A DNA stretch of 64,000 bases. Origin: Candidatus Parvarchaeota archaeon (lineage in GTDB: Archaea > Nanobdellota > Nanobdellia > WJKC01). A program made the position numbers and the translations under genes. Where the stretch lies: contig JAUWZX010000001.1 in assembly GCA_030615175.1 (NCBI GenBank), positions 199,840-263,839 on the forward strand, in the 5' to 3' direction. The notes under the pieces were generated by a model that did not search any database, had not been told where the DNA came from, and saw nothing but the letters and a program-made list of their open reading frames with translations. Of this stretch, positions 27,407 through 37,797 are shown in pieces (the stretch's first letter is position 1; the number at the start of each line of letters is the position of its first letter).

Positions 27407-27811
27407 TTAAATTCTTCTTCTTAGAATAACTGCTTTATTCTTTGGGAAGATTCCTTCCTGCCTGCTTGCAATTTTAAAGCCTAATTTTTCCAGCATCTTA
27501 ATTCTTTTCTTGCTTTTATCATTCTCCATTACTCCCACGCGCCTGTAACCCATGCTCCTGCTCTTTTTAAATAAATCTTCAAACAAGCTCCTATCCTCTC
27601 TTTTTAGTCCCCACGCCCTGATTTCAAGCATGCCAGGCAAGCCCTTGGCAAGTATTACGCCTTTCACGCTGCCGTTAATCTTCATGATTGACTCGTTACC
27701 TTCATCCATTATATTGTTTAAAACACTGTTAATGTTAATGCTTAATCCCTGCTTATTCAAGAACTCCCAAATATTCATAGCATCACTTAATTCTGGTTTT
27801 CGTAAAATCAT
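27407..27811 (-). CDS. Putative GNAT-family acetyltransferase-like protein
   Basis: C-terminal ...RRVGVMENDKSKKRIKMLEKLGFK resembles a GNAT motif A / C-terminal strand. Weak. Confidence 0.35.
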   Translation of the reverse strand: MILRKPELSDAMNIWEFLNKQGLSININSVLNNIMDEGNESIMKINGSVKGVILAKGLPGMLEIRAWGLKREDRSLFEDLFKKSRSMGYRRVGVMENDKSKKRIKMLEKLGFKIASRQEGIFPKNKAVILRRRI

Positions 27812-27846
27812 AATAAATATAATTACGCACTAATTATTAATTCTTT

Positions 27847-28743
27847 GTGATTGATAAATTAGTGAGTGATATTAAGTCCTTGCGTGTTAGAGGTGCTTCA
27901 AAGATTGCGCGGGCAGGGCTTCGTGCAATGGATTACGTTGCAAGGAATTCCAAAGCCAAGTCAAAGAAAGCGTTCTTAAAGGAGTTAAATACTGTTAAGA
28001 AAAAATTGTTTAATGCAAGACCAACTGAGCCAATGCTTAGCAATGTTTTAAAGTATGTTTTATGGAAGGCAGCGGAGGATGCTGGCGAGCGTGATTATAA
28101 GGCGGAGACGAGGAATAATATTAATTTATTATATGGCATTATTGAAAAAACAAGGCGCAGGGTTGTGAATATTGGCAAGAACGTGGTTAAGAAGAAGACA
28201 GTATTAACTCATTGTAATTCAAGCACTGTTATTGAAATATTGAAGGCAGGGAAGCCGAAGAAGGTTATCTGCACTGAAACGAGACCATTATTTCAGGGCA
28301 GGATTACTGCAAGAGAGTTAATTAATGCCGGTGTTAGGACTGCAATGATTATTGACAGTGCAGTGGCGGATTACATTAAAGAGGTTGATATTGTATTGCT
28401 TGGCTGTGATGTGATAACTCCTAACATGGTTATTAATAAAGTAGGTTCTAATAATATTGGCTTGTTATGCGAGAGGTATGATATTCCATTATACATTTGC
28501 TCAACCAGTTTTAAGTTTGACCCTGAATCAGTGCTTGGCATGGGGGTTGGTGTTGAAGAGCGTGATGCTAAGGAAGTCTGGAGCAACCCTCCTAAGGGTT
28601 TGAGGATTATGAATCCAGCGTTTGATTCAATTGCTTATGATAATATCACTTCATTCATTAATGAGTTAGGCGTTTTAAGTCCTGATTCATTATTTATTAC
28701 TCTGCGCAGTAAGTATAAATGGATGTTTGGAGAAGGGTTATGA
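27847..28743 (+). CDS. eIF-2B alpha/beta/delta-like protein, probable ribose-1,5-bisphosphate isomerase (alternatively aIF-2B or MTR-1-P isomerase)
   Basis: IF-2B family pattern (VLTHCNSSTV...GVRTAMIIDSAVADYI...IVLLGCDVI...NKVGS). Co-operonic with AMP phosphorylase. Confidence 0.6.
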   Translation: MIDKLVSDIKSLRVRGASKIARAGLRAMDYVARNSKAKSKKAFLKELNTVKKKLFNARPTEPMLSNVLKYVLWKAAEDAGERDYKAETRNNINLLYGIIEKTRRRVVNIGKNVVKKKTVLTHCNSSTVIEILKAGKPKKVICTETRPLFQGRITARELINAGVRTAMIIDSAVADYIKEVDIVLLGCDVITPNMVINKVGSNNIGLLCERYDIPLYICSTSFKFDPESVLGMGVGVEERDAKEVWSNPPKGLRIMNPAFDSIAYDNITSFINELGVLSPDSLFITLRSKYKWMFGEGL

Positions 28744-29384
28744 AAGCAGTGATTTTTGACGCCTCTGACTTATTATACATTAGGAGGATGGGGAGGTATG
28801 CTTTTTTAAAGAAATTATTGAAGAAGAAAGGATTAAGGATTAAGAATCCTTGGATAGTTTATGACGTTATTAACAGGTATTCAAAAATTGGTGCAATCAC
28901 GAGGCGGAGATTAATTGATAACTTCCTTAAAGTTTTAGGGTTATACAGTCCTGAATTCGCTGAAGAGTACTATCATATTTATGAGAAAGTAAAATCAAGT
29001 ATTATTTTACTGCCTCGCGTTAAGGAAGGGCTTGAAGAGTTATATAGGATGGGTGTGAAATTATATGTTTTCTCTGATAGTTCAACAACTTCAATGGAGA
29101 AGCTTGAATGGTTTAAGAAGTTAGGTATTGCCAAGTATTTTGATAAAGTGATTTGCTCATGTGATGTTGGTTACTTGAAGAGTGATATTAAAAAATTCAG
29201 TAATTTCTTGAGAATGATTAATGTCAGGAAGAAGGATGCAGTATTTGTTTACCATGAATTAGGAGATGTTGTAAGCGCTAAACTCCTTGGAGTAACATGC
29301 GTTAGCATTACTAAAGGCATTTGCGAGGATTACTATATTAAGCATTTAGGTGAACTGCCTGATTTATTGAGGAGGATTTCTTAA
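28719..29384 (+). CDS. HAD-superfamily hydrolase (phosphatase-like)
   Basis: N-terminal AVIFDASDLLY (DxD motif I). Later VFSDSS and K...GDV motifs. Confidence 0.6.
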   Translation: MDVWRRVMKAVIFDASDLLYIRRMGRYAFLKKLLKKKGLRIKNPWIVYDVINRYSKIGAITRRRLIDNFLKVLGLYSPEFAEEYYHIYEKVKSSIILLPRVKEGLEELYRMGVKLYVFSDSSTTSMEKLEWFKKLGIAKYFDKVICSCDVGYLKSDIKKFSNFLRMINVRKKDAVFVYHELGDVVSAKLLGVTCVSITKGICEDYYIKHLGELPDLLRRIS

Positions 29385-30874
29385 TGAAGTTTAAGGTTAA
29401 GGATTTGAATATTTCTGGCGGGGGTTTTGACATAGTGGTTGTTAATGAGATTGTTGCTTCAACTCTTGACATTCACGTTTCCAGCCGTCTGCGCTTAACA
29501 GATGATAAGGTGTCTGTTGTTGCAGTTGTTGATTTAGCTGAATCTTCAGTAATCAAGCCTGGCGAGATTGGTTTATTTAGTGAGGTTTATGAGAAGCTTG
29601 GAGTTAAGGAAGGAGGTTTAGTTAGTGTTTCAGTGGTTCCTCAGCCTAAGAGTGTTGAATTCATTAAGAAGAAGCTTGATGGTCTTGAATTAAATTCACG
29701 TGAGATTAATAGCATTATTAAGGACATTACCTTGAATCATTTAAGTCAGGTTGAGATGAGTGCTTTTGTTACTGCCTGTTATACTAGGCGTTTGACAATG
29801 GATGAAGTTTTTTACTTAACTAAGTCTATTGTAAGCACTGGCAAGACTATTAATTTTAAGGATAAAATAATTTTGGACAAGCATTGTATTGGAGGAATAT
29901 CCGGTAATCGCACGACAATGATTGTTGTGCCAATAATTGCTGCTTATGGTTTGAAGATTCCTAAGACTAGTTCGCGTTCCATTACTAGTCCTTCAGGAAC
30001 TGCAGATACAATGGAGGTTTTAGCGCCTGTTGAATTATCTGTTAAGAAGATTAAGAAGGTTGCTGATAAAGCAGGTGGCTGTATTGTTTGGGGTGGTAAT
30101 GTTAATTTAGCTGCTGCTGATGATAAGTTAATCATCGTGCGCCACCCTTTAGCTCTTGACCCTCCTGGCTTAATGCTTGCCAGTATTATGGCTAAGAAGA
30201 AGGCTGTTGGTTCAACTCACGTGATTATTGATATTCCTCTCGGCATTGGAGCTAAGACTAAGGATTTAGGTGAGGCTAAGTTCTTGGGCATGCAGTTTAG
30301 GGAGTTGGGTGAGAAGTTTGGCATTAATGTTAAGTCAGTAATCACTGATGGAAGTAAGCCTATTGGCAGGGGTATTGGACCTGTGCTTGAGGCGCGTGAT
30401 GTTTTAAGCGTGTTAAGGAATGATGTTAAGGCGCCTAAGGATTTGCGCAAGAAATCATTATACCTTGCTGCTGAATTACTTGAATTGTCAGGAGTTGTTC
30501 ATCAGGGTGAAGGTTTCAGAATTGTCAGGGATATATTGTCCTCTGGCAGGGCGTATAAGGTGATGAGGAGGATTATTAAGTTGCAGGGAGGCGACCCTGA
30601 TGTCAGTATTGATTCATTAAAGCCTGGGAAGTATGAGTTCACTCTTAACTCGCCTAGGACTGGCCTGATTAAATTCTTAAGTGATGATTTGGTTTCCAGG
30701 ATTGCAAGGGCTGCTGGAGCTCCTGTAAGCAAGAAGGCTGGTATTTACTTGTATAGGAATGCTGGTGATTACGTTAAGCGCGGCCAGCCAGTACTCACTA
30801 TTCATTCAGAGTCAGAGGATTCATTAGAGAATGCTAAGGAATTAATTACAAAAGATTTATATACTATTGCTTGA
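29384..30874 (+). CDS. AMP phosphorylase (archaeal thymidine-phosphorylase-family enzyme with N-terminal extension)
   Basis: 496 aa. Glycosyl-transferase family 3 core (KHCIGGISGNRTTMIVVPIIAAYGL, TSSRSITSPSGTADTMEVL) plus ~90-aa N-terminal domain characteristic of AMPpase. Confidence 0.75.
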   Translation: MKFKVKDLNISGGGFDIVVVNEIVASTLDIHVSSRLRLTDDKVSVVAVVDLAESSVIKPGEIGLFSEVYEKLGVKEGGLVSVSVVPQPKSVEFIKKKLDGLELNSREINSIIKDITLNHLSQVEMSAFVTACYTRRLTMDEVFYLTKSIVSTGKTINFKDKIILDKHCIGGISGNRTTMIVVPIIAAYGLKIPKTSSRSITSPSGTADTMEVLAPVELSVKKIKKVADKAGGCIVWGGNVNLAAADDKLIIVRHPLALDPPGLMLASIMAKKKAVGSTHVIIDIPLGIGAKTKDLGEAKFLGMQFRELGEKFGINVKSVITDGSKPIGRGIGPVLEARDVLSVLRNDVKAPKDLRKKSLYLAAELLELSGVVHQGEGFRIVRDILSSGRAYKVMRRIIKLQGGDPDVSIDSLKPGKYEFTLNSPRTGLIKFLSDDLVSRIARAAGAPVSKKAGIYLYRNAGDYVKRGQPVLTIHSESEDSLENAKELITKDLYTIA

Positions 30875-31320
30875 ACGAATTATTTATGAAATTCACTGAG
30901 GATTATTTAGACTCTGCTTTAAGTAATGCTAAGAAGTGGTGTAGTGAGAGTCTTTCAAAACACCTTGAAGGTTATTCTGGAGGTTTTGACTTCAGCATTT
31001 TCTATTATATCATTGATAATGAAATGATTCCAGACATGTGCTTGGATGAGGAAGTTGATGGATTAATCAGGGTTTCTTTAAGGAAGATAAAATGGTATCT
31101 TGATAGAGAAGAATTTTTTAAAGAGCATAATATTCCTTATTCAGAGTACGATGTTGAATCTACCTTTACTCATGAGATGATTGAGTACTTAGTTCATAAA
31201 GACAAGAGTGTCTATTTAGATTATATTAAAAAATTTGGTTTAACTACTCCACATAAGACTGCTTTAATGATTGAGAACATTAACCGCAAAGAGCGAGGCT
31301 TGAATGATTGGATTGATTGA
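30871..31320 (+). CDS. Hypothetical protein (149 aa), 4-nt overlap with AMP phosphorylase
   Basis: No recognisable motifs. Confidence 0.45.
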   Translation: MNELFMKFTEDYLDSALSNAKKWCSESLSKHLEGYSGGFDFSIFYYIIDNEMIPDMCLDEEVDGLIRVSLRKIKWYLDREEFFKEHNIPYSEYDVESTFTHEMIEYLVHKDKSVYLDYIKKFGLTTPHKTALMIENINRKERGLNDWID

Positions 31321-31387
31321 GAGTTATTCACTATTCCTTAACCATTTTGGAAATCTTTTTAAATCATTGCTTAATTCTTTTCCTTTT

Positions 31388-31624
31388 ATGGGAAGGATTA
31401 GGACTAGTGAGATTAAGAATATCACTAAGTTAGTTATTGAGAAGTATACTCTTTCAAGTTTCAGTGATGATTTTGAGAAGAATAAGGAAGTCCTCAAGTC
31501 ATTTCCTGAGGAGTTTCCAAGCAAGAAAGTATTGAATAAGATTGCTGGATACATTACTTTTAAGTATAAGAAGGAGCGCGAGGCTGAGAAGAGGTTATTA
31601 GAACCGTCTGGTGAGGGAGAGTAA
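31388..31624 (+). CDS. rps17e: Ribosomal protein eS17 (S17e)
   Basis: MGRIRTSEIKNITKLVIEKYTLSSFSDDFEKNKEVL...SKKVLNKIAGYITF matches the eS17 pattern (MGRVRTK.VK..A..IIEKY...L..DF..NK......I.SKKLRNKIAGY). The ORF-track entry starts further upstream. Confidence 0.8.
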   Translation: MGRIRTSEIKNITKLVIEKYTLSSFSDDFEKNKEVLKSFPEEFPSKKVLNKIAGYITFKYKKEREAEKRLLEPSGEGE

Positions 31625-31751
31625 TCTTTATAATACTTTAATTTCATTATCTAGTTCTTATGAGAGATGATTTACTTTGGCATTAGTGAATCAGTTTATT
31701 TAGTCCTGACTGCCCAAACTTTTATTAGAAATGAATTAGTGGTGATTACTA

Positions 31752-32828
31752 ATGACTGATAATGTAATTAATCCTTTTGGCGCGAGCACGATTAAGGATT
31801 ATGATAAGATTTTAAAGGAATTCGGGGTGCCACGCTTTAATGAGGTGTTAGCCAGGATGCCTGACCCATTAATCACCATGAAGCGAGGCATAATATTCGG
31901 GCACCGCGACTTAAATCCTGTTATTAAAGCAATGAAGGATGGAAGTAAGTTTGCAGTTATGAGCGGGATTAAACCATCTAATTACCTTCACATTGGCTCT
32001 AAAATGGTTGTTGACGAGATAGTGTACTTCCAGAATCATGGTGGACTAGTTTATTATTCAATAGCTGACTTGGAAGCCCTTGTTGATAATGGATTACTCC
32101 TTAGTGAATCAAAGGCGTTCGCTTATGATAATTTACTTGACCTTGCAGCGCTCGGCATTAACTTTAAGAAGGCACGAATTTACTTACAGTCAAGAGAAAT
32201 TAAAGTTCAGCGCCTTGCTTACATTTACTCACGCCACGTTACGAATAACATGCTTAAAGCTATTTACGGCGAGCACCCGGTAGGTATTTACATGGCTGCA
32301 TTAACCCAGGTTGGTGACATATTACTCCCGCAAGTCGAGCATGGCAAAATTCCTGTAGTAGTTCCTGTTGGTTTTGACCAGGACCCTCACATTAGACTCA
32401 CGCGCGACATTGCAAAGAAGCAGGGCTTGATTCCTCCTTCATCAACTTATCATAAATTCATGTGCTCCTTAACTGGTGTAGGTAAGAAGATGAGTAAGCG
32501 CGAGCCGCAAGGCATTATTTACTTAAATGAATCACCTAAGAGTGCTCGCAAGAAAATCATGAAGTACGCTTTCTCAGGCGGTCAGCCAACAATGGAAGAG
32601 CACAGGAGGAAGGGAGGAAACCCGGAAATTGATGTTTCATACCAGTACCTTACTTACTTAGAGAGTGATGAAAGAAAATTAAAGAAGATACATGACGATT
32701 ACAAGGCAGGCAAGTTATTATCAGGAGAGTTAAAGCAAGTGCTTGCAGAAAAAATAGAAGCATTCCTTATCTCGCACCAAGAGAAGCGTGAGAAAGCAAA
32801 GAAAATAGTTGATAAATTCTTTAAGTAA
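31752..32828 (+). CDS. trpS: Tryptophanyl-tRNA synthetase (archaeal/eukaryal type)
   Basis: HIGH-like LHIGSKM, FDQDPHIRLTRDIA (TrpRS-specific DQDPYFR), KKMSKR. C-terminal GGQPTMEEHRRKGGNPEIDVSYQYLTYL closely parallels eukaryal TrpRS. Confidence 0.85.
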   Translation: MTDNVINPFGASTIKDYDKILKEFGVPRFNEVLARMPDPLITMKRGIIFGHRDLNPVIKAMKDGSKFAVMSGIKPSNYLHIGSKMVVDEIVYFQNHGGLVYYSIADLEALVDNGLLLSESKAFAYDNLLDLAALGINFKKARIYLQSREIKVQRLAYIYSRHVTNNMLKAIYGEHPVGIYMAALTQVGDILLPQVEHGKIPVVVPVGFDQDPHIRLTRDIAKKQGLIPPSSTYHKFMCSLTGVGKKMSKREPQGIIYLNESPKSARKKIMKYAFSGGQPTMEEHRRKGGNPEIDVSYQYLTYLESDERKLKKIHDDYKAGKLLSGELKQVLAEKIEAFLISHQEKREKAKKIVDKFFK

Positions 32829-34032
32829 TCCTGTCAAGTATTCTCTGCCTTGACTGCTCTACCCTGAGTCTTATTCTTCGTTCATCAATCCTGTCTGTAA
32901 GCCTGTAATTCTTCAGTTTGTATTCCCCGTTAATAATAACACTGCTAATGCAGTTACTTCTAAGTATGTTCATGTATAATTTATCAACCTCATTGTAAGG
33001 TTTGACTTTCCATAAGTCAATTAATAACAGGTTTGCTGGCGCGCCTTCAAAGATTCCAGCCTGCTCCCATAAGGTATGCCCTCCCCACAGCATGCTGAAA
33101 GCATCCTTAATTTTTAAGCGTCCAAGATTCTTAGCCCTTAATGCTTCACTCCTCACGTCAGGATTAGGATTCCATGGGAATTCATCAGTTCCTAAACCAA
33201 TTATAACATCATGCTTGAGCATTAACTTTGTTTCAGGAATATTCCTTGCTATCTCATAATTACTTGTAGGGCAGTGAATCACTGGCACTCCATGACTTGA
33301 TAGTAATAATATATCTCTCGTGTCTGCGTAAGTGCAGTGAGCGAGGCTGGTGTCATAGTCAAGGAATCCGAGGCTTTTTAAGTAATTAATCGTCCTCTTA
33401 CCCGTTAACCTCTTTATTTTCTTTACTTCATTCCTTGTCTCGCAAGCATGCATGTGTATCTGCATATCATGTTCTCGCGCGAACTCCAGTGCTTTATGCA
33501 TTAATTTAGGCGTGCACTCAATCTCATTAGCGAGTCCTACATAAATCTTGTCTCTATACTTCTTATTAAGTCTTTCAAGCATGCTGAATGATTTCTCAAC
33601 ATTCTGGGCTTCCTCAAACGCATCCTTTAAAGGATAACCTATAAGGTAATTAAGCCCTAAATCCTCTAATGCTTTAATTACTGGTTTTGGATGAACATCC
33701 ATTGTTAGCACATTAGTAACGCCTGATTTTAAGAATTCAATTCCTGCTAATAATACAGCATTGTAAACATCATCCCTTGTCCTAACCTTATGAGCTTTGA
33801 ATCCTATCTTAGTGAAGTATTCAAACTTTGATAATCCTATGCCTGAACCAGTTACTATTCTTGAAGCCATATGCGTGTGAGCGTTAGCGAATCCTGGCAG
33901 TAATAACTTGCCAGCGCATCTATTACCTTTCGGCAGTGACTTCGCTATCTTGTGTATCCTGCCATGCCTTATCTCCACATCCTGCTTTACAAGCGAGTTC
34001 CCTGCAATTATCCGCACATCATTAAGTATCAT
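32821..34032 (-). CDS. Metal-dependent amidohydrolase (MtaD/SsnA/chlorohydrolase-like deaminase family)
   Basis: LLPGFANAHTHMA metal-binding HxH region, HMHACE, GLGTDE. Confidence 0.65.
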   Translation of the reverse strand: MILNDVRIIAGNSLVKQDVEIRHGRIHKIAKSLPKGNRCAGKLLLPGFANAHTHMASRIVTGSGIGLSKFEYFTKIGFKAHKVRTRDDVYNAVLLAGIEFLKSGVTNVLTMDVHPKPVIKALEDLGLNYLIGYPLKDAFEEAQNVEKSFSMLERLNKKYRDKIYVGLANEIECTPKLMHKALEFAREHDMQIHMHACETRNEVKKIKRLTGKRTINYLKSLGFLDYDTSLAHCTYADTRDILLLSSHGVPVIHCPTSNYEIARNIPETKLMLKHDVIIGLGTDEFPWNPNPDVRSEALRAKNLGRLKIKDAFSMLWGGHTLWEQAGIFEGAPANLLLIDLWKVKPYNEVDKLYMNILRSNCISSVIINGEYKLKNYRLTDRIDERRIRLRVEQSRQRILDRIT

Positions 34033-34063
34033 TAGCAGTATTTTTTAATGCAGTTAATACTTA

Positions 34064-34837
34064 TTATTTTTTGCAGTTTAAGAAATAATCTTTTAGTTTT
34101 TTCTGCCTGCTCTTATCTATCACATTCTTCATTGGCGGCTCTACTTGAGCGAACTTGAATCCCCAGTCCTTAAGCATTTGCTCAGAGTTCTTTGTCATTC
34201 CTGGCGCTGCAATGTAACCAATTACTTTGTCCGTTCCTTTAGCTGTCTTTATCCTTTCAACGTAGCGTCTTAATTGCTGTACAGCGTTAAGTCCTGCCTT
34301 ATCCCTTTTGCATTCAATAATTATTAGCGTGCCTTCACCATCATGCCCCATAACGTCAATATACCCATACTTTGTCTGCTCCTCTAAACTTACTGGTTTA
34401 AAGTCAGGATTAATGAGGTATGGTTTTTCGTAAATCATGCGCGCCATGTCAGCCTCGCTGCCCATTATTGACACTTCCTCTGCATCGCTTAACTCGCATG
34501 AGTGCAGCAAGTGCACTTTTGACACCTTGATTATCATGCGCTCCCTTGGATTAATGGATTCAGCATTAATGAATAAAGAATCATTATTTGAGTCAAACTT
34601 AATGCTCGCGCCTTCCTTCATCCAGTTAACAGGGTTGCGACCAGTCGGCTTGTGCACGAGCAGGGTCTTGTCCGGCTTGATTATTATCACGCGCTCCCCG
34701 CGCTCTAATTTGCTGTAAGCCCTTCCCTCATAATTCACCTCGCACTCGCAGTACACTGTTATTAATTCATTTCTTTGCAGAGCACGTTTAAGAATGTTCT
34801 TTGAATTATCCTTATCCGGCTCAACATGACTTCTCAT
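34064..34837 (-). CDS. nucS: Endonuclease NucS / EndoMS (mismatch-specific, RecB-like nuclease)
   Basis: C-terminal RecB-like motif IDVMGHDGEGTLIIIECKRDK (D..E.K). N-terminal ssDNA-binding-like domain. Extreme C-terminal PIP-like QKKLKDYF. Confidence 0.7.
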   Translation of the reverse strand: MRSHVEPDKDNSKNILKRALQRNELITVYCECEVNYEGRAYSKLERGERVIIIKPDKTLLVHKPTGRNPVNWMKEGASIKFDSNNDSLFINAESINPRERMIIKVSKVHLLHSCELSDAEEVSIMGSEADMARMIYEKPYLINPDFKPVSLEEQTKYGYIDVMGHDGEGTLIIIECKRDKAGLNAVQQLRRYVERIKTAKGTDKVIGYIAAPGMTKNSEQMLKDWGFKFAQVEPPMKNVIDKSRQKKLKDYFLNCKK

Positions 34838-34870
34838 AATATTAAATTCATCATTCTTTTCTTTTATAAT

Positions 34871-37705
34871 TTATTCTATTAGTATTCCAGGCTTACCTGG
34901 CAATGCACTCCTTGCCTTCTGTTCTTTTGAGTTCTCTGCCTTGATTACATTCACTTTGCACTTGAATTCCTTTTCCAGGAAATCTTTTAACTCCTTTAAA
35001 GCGTTGAACTCATTCTTGTCACTGTCTAATAATTTACTTTGATTCCTTACTACTGCTTTAATAATCTTTGCTGCCTGATTTGCATTAATCTTTATTTTAT
35101 CATGCTTCATTGATTTCTTAATTATTAAATTAAAATCCCTTTTATCCATTGATTTCCTGATAATATTAAATAATTCATGCTTCCAGTCCTCACATGTATA
35201 TATGGAAATCACTTTAGGCTTCTTGCCAATGAGTTTAATGATTTCATTAACATCACTCATAACAGCATTAATTAAATTAAAAATCATGACTTTTTTACCA
35301 GCAGTCCTCTTAACTTTAGGCCATGATGCTAAGCTAATGAACCCTTTATTGCCTGATTTTGCCCATAATTCTTCACAAACATGGGGGATTACAGGAGTCA
35401 GTATCTTAAACCAGTCAGTGATTAATCCTTTAACCCCGCTATAATCACCTGTTAAGTTTAAGTAATCAGTAAATAAATTCATTATTTCATAAAAACTAAT
35501 CTGGACATACTTTCTTAAATTAAAACCATTAATTTGTTTAGTTGCATTAAACACTAAGTTATTAAAGGCTTTAATTAAAGCCGTCTTAAATAATGAATTC
35601 TTAACAGCTTTTTTTGATTTAATCACTTTTTCACTTATGTTAATGAATTTTTCAAAATGCTTTTTAACAGCATTAAACTCAGCCTTCCTCCAGTCAACAA
35701 CTGAACTGAATTCAGCATTATTTATCATATATAACCTGAAAAGGTCTGCACCGAATCGTTCACCAATTTCACTTAAAGGAATGATGTTGCCTTTACTTTT
35801 ACCCATTTTCTGACCTTCAACATTAACTGGCTCAATAAGCGTTAAAGTCTTAGGCCAATGCTTTTTAGGGAATATTACTGAATGATGGAAAATCATGAAA
35901 CTTAAGTGATTGCTAATATGCATTATTGCAGTATGACGATGGTCCATTGGGTACCAGTAATTAAATTCATCATGCATCATCTTAAGTAAAGATTCACTAA
36001 TCCTTGTTTTCTCACTAATGTTTTTAAGAATGCCTTTGCCTAGGAGCACGTAATCAAAGAATTCTGGGATTAATTGCTCAGGCTTTACGTTATTACCTGT
36101 TAAGTGATGAACTATTGTGTAAAAAGACATGTAAATAGTTGAATCTGAAAGACTTTCAATAATCCATCCCTTCTGGTAAGGGAATCCAGTGCCTAAACCC
36201 TTCTTCCTGATACAGGGTCTTTTGTCAAGCCAGTTGAAAGCTGCTTTAAAATCATTCCGGTACTTGTCAGGATATATTGTTATCTTATTTAAGCACTCAA
36301 ATGCTTTACGCTTCCATCCTTTAGCATTATAATCAAGGAACCATTGATTATCAAGCACTGCTACAATAACTTTGCCTCCGCACCGGCACTCAGCTTTTCT
36401 TGAAGTTTCATAAAACTTAACTGCTAAACCTTTTTTCACTAAATCATTTTTCACCGCTTCTTTGGCTTTTTCAACAGGCATGCCGGAGTACTTGCCTGTA
36501 TTCTTTTTTAGTATTCCAAGGTGATGTTCATCCCTGTATAACTCCTTTTTTAATTTCTCAACATTTTTAAGCCTGCAGGATTCAACAATATCCTTTGCCG
36601 GATGATTGCCATAACCTTTTAATTTTATCATTGACACTAATTTAATATTCTTAACCTCGCTTGGCTTTAATCCATACTTTTTAATTTTTTTATCATTACC
36701 TTGCAATTCTTTTAGCATCACGTAATCCGGTGGCGCATGGCTTGGCACGCTCATAACTGGTCCTGTGCCAATATCATTATCAATATTTTTTGCTGGAAGT
36801 ATGAGTAATTCCTTATTAATTATTGGCGCCTTAGCTTTTAATCCTATTAATTCTTCTCCCTTAATCATTGAAGTCTTTATTAATTCTTGTCCCTGATAAT
36901 TCATTTTTTCAAATGCTTCTTCACTAATTATCCATATTTCATCATTCTTCCTTGCTTTAATATACATTGTTTCAGGATTAATCCATAGGTTTGTTAAACC
37001 AAATATTGTTTCAGGTCTTAGTGTGGCGGTTAATATGTACTCCCCTTTTTTTAATTTGAATTTAATGCCTGTGAATTCCTGGACTTCAACTTTTTCCTCA
37101 TCTCCTCCTTTAATATCATCTTCTCCTACAGCGTTTTGGTCAGTTAAGCAGAAGTTAATCGGATGCTTCATCTTTTTTAAGTAACCTTTTTTCTTGAACT
37201 TGGAGTACTGCCATTCAATGAATTTATTATAAATTTTATCACCAGTAGTGAACACTCTGCGCCAGTCAATACTCATGCCTATTGTTTTAAAATCCTGCTT
37301 CATTGTTTTAGAAAAGTAATTGTAAACCTTCCATGGTTTATCAAATGATTTCAGTATTCTTTCAACTTTTTTATCATCTTTTGTGTGAAGTTTTATGTAA
37401 TTCCTTATCATGTTTGTGAATTTAATGTCGCCACTCTTAATCCTGTTACATATGGCGAGTACTGGGGTTCCTGTTATGTGGAATGCCATTGGGAATAACA
37501 CATTATAACCCTGCATTCTTTTATATCTGGCAAATACTTCGCCGCAGGAATAAGACCTGCCGTGACCTATATGGTAAGGGCCTGATGCATAAGGATAGGG
37601 AACTGTTATGAAATACTTTTTCTTTCCTTTTTCAGGGTCTGCTTCGAAAATCCTGGCTTTAGTCCATTTCTTCTGCCATTTCTTCTCAATCCGTTTTAAG
37701 TTCAT
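34871..37705 (-). CDS. leuS: Leucyl-tRNA synthetase (archaeal type)
   Basis: MNLKRIEKKWQKKWTKARIFEA...YFITVPYPYASGPYHIGHGRSY (HIGH), QKMGKSKGN (KMSKS). 944 aa; strong resemblance to Pyrococcus LeuRS. Confidence 0.9.
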   Translation of the reverse strand: MNLKRIEKKWQKKWTKARIFEADPEKGKKKYFITVPYPYASGPYHIGHGRSYSCGEVFARYKRMQGYNVLFPMAFHITGTPVLAICNRIKSGDIKFTNMIRNYIKLHTKDDKKVERILKSFDKPWKVYNYFSKTMKQDFKTIGMSIDWRRVFTTGDKIYNKFIEWQYSKFKKKGYLKKMKHPINFCLTDQNAVGEDDIKGGDEEKVEVQEFTGIKFKLKKGEYILTATLRPETIFGLTNLWINPETMYIKARKNDEIWIISEEAFEKMNYQGQELIKTSMIKGEELIGLKAKAPIINKELLILPAKNIDNDIGTGPVMSVPSHAPPDYVMLKELQGNDKKIKKYGLKPSEVKNIKLVSMIKLKGYGNHPAKDIVESCRLKNVEKLKKELYRDEHHLGILKKNTGKYSGMPVEKAKEAVKNDLVKKGLAVKFYETSRKAECRCGGKVIVAVLDNQWFLDYNAKGWKRKAFECLNKITIYPDKYRNDFKAAFNWLDKRPCIRKKGLGTGFPYQKGWIIESLSDSTIYMSFYTIVHHLTGNNVKPEQLIPEFFDYVLLGKGILKNISEKTRISESLLKMMHDEFNYWYPMDHRHTAIMHISNHLSFMIFHHSVIFPKKHWPKTLTLIEPVNVEGQKMGKSKGNIIPLSEIGERFGADLFRLYMINNAEFSSVVDWRKAEFNAVKKHFEKFINISEKVIKSKKAVKNSLFKTALIKAFNNLVFNATKQINGFNLRKYVQISFYEIMNLFTDYLNLTGDYSGVKGLITDWFKILTPVIPHVCEELWAKSGNKGFISLASWPKVKRTAGKKVMIFNLINAVMSDVNEIIKLIGKKPKVISIYTCEDWKHELFNIIRKSMDKRDFNLIIKKSMKHDKIKINANQAAKIIKAVVRNQSKLLDSDKNEFNALKELKDFLEKEFKCKVNVIKAENSKEQKARSALPGKPGILIE

Positions 37706-37797
37706 GATTCATTAAACCTCAACGCCACTTATTAATTTTATTCATTTACTAACCTATCAAGATAATATTAAATAAGTATTATGATTATTATTACTTA

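Noticed and set aside
31625-31751. 127-bp gap before trpS considered for a leader/riboswitch or small RNA
   Set aside because: No conserved structure or motifs recognisable by eye. Archaea lack T-box leaders. Likely just promoter.
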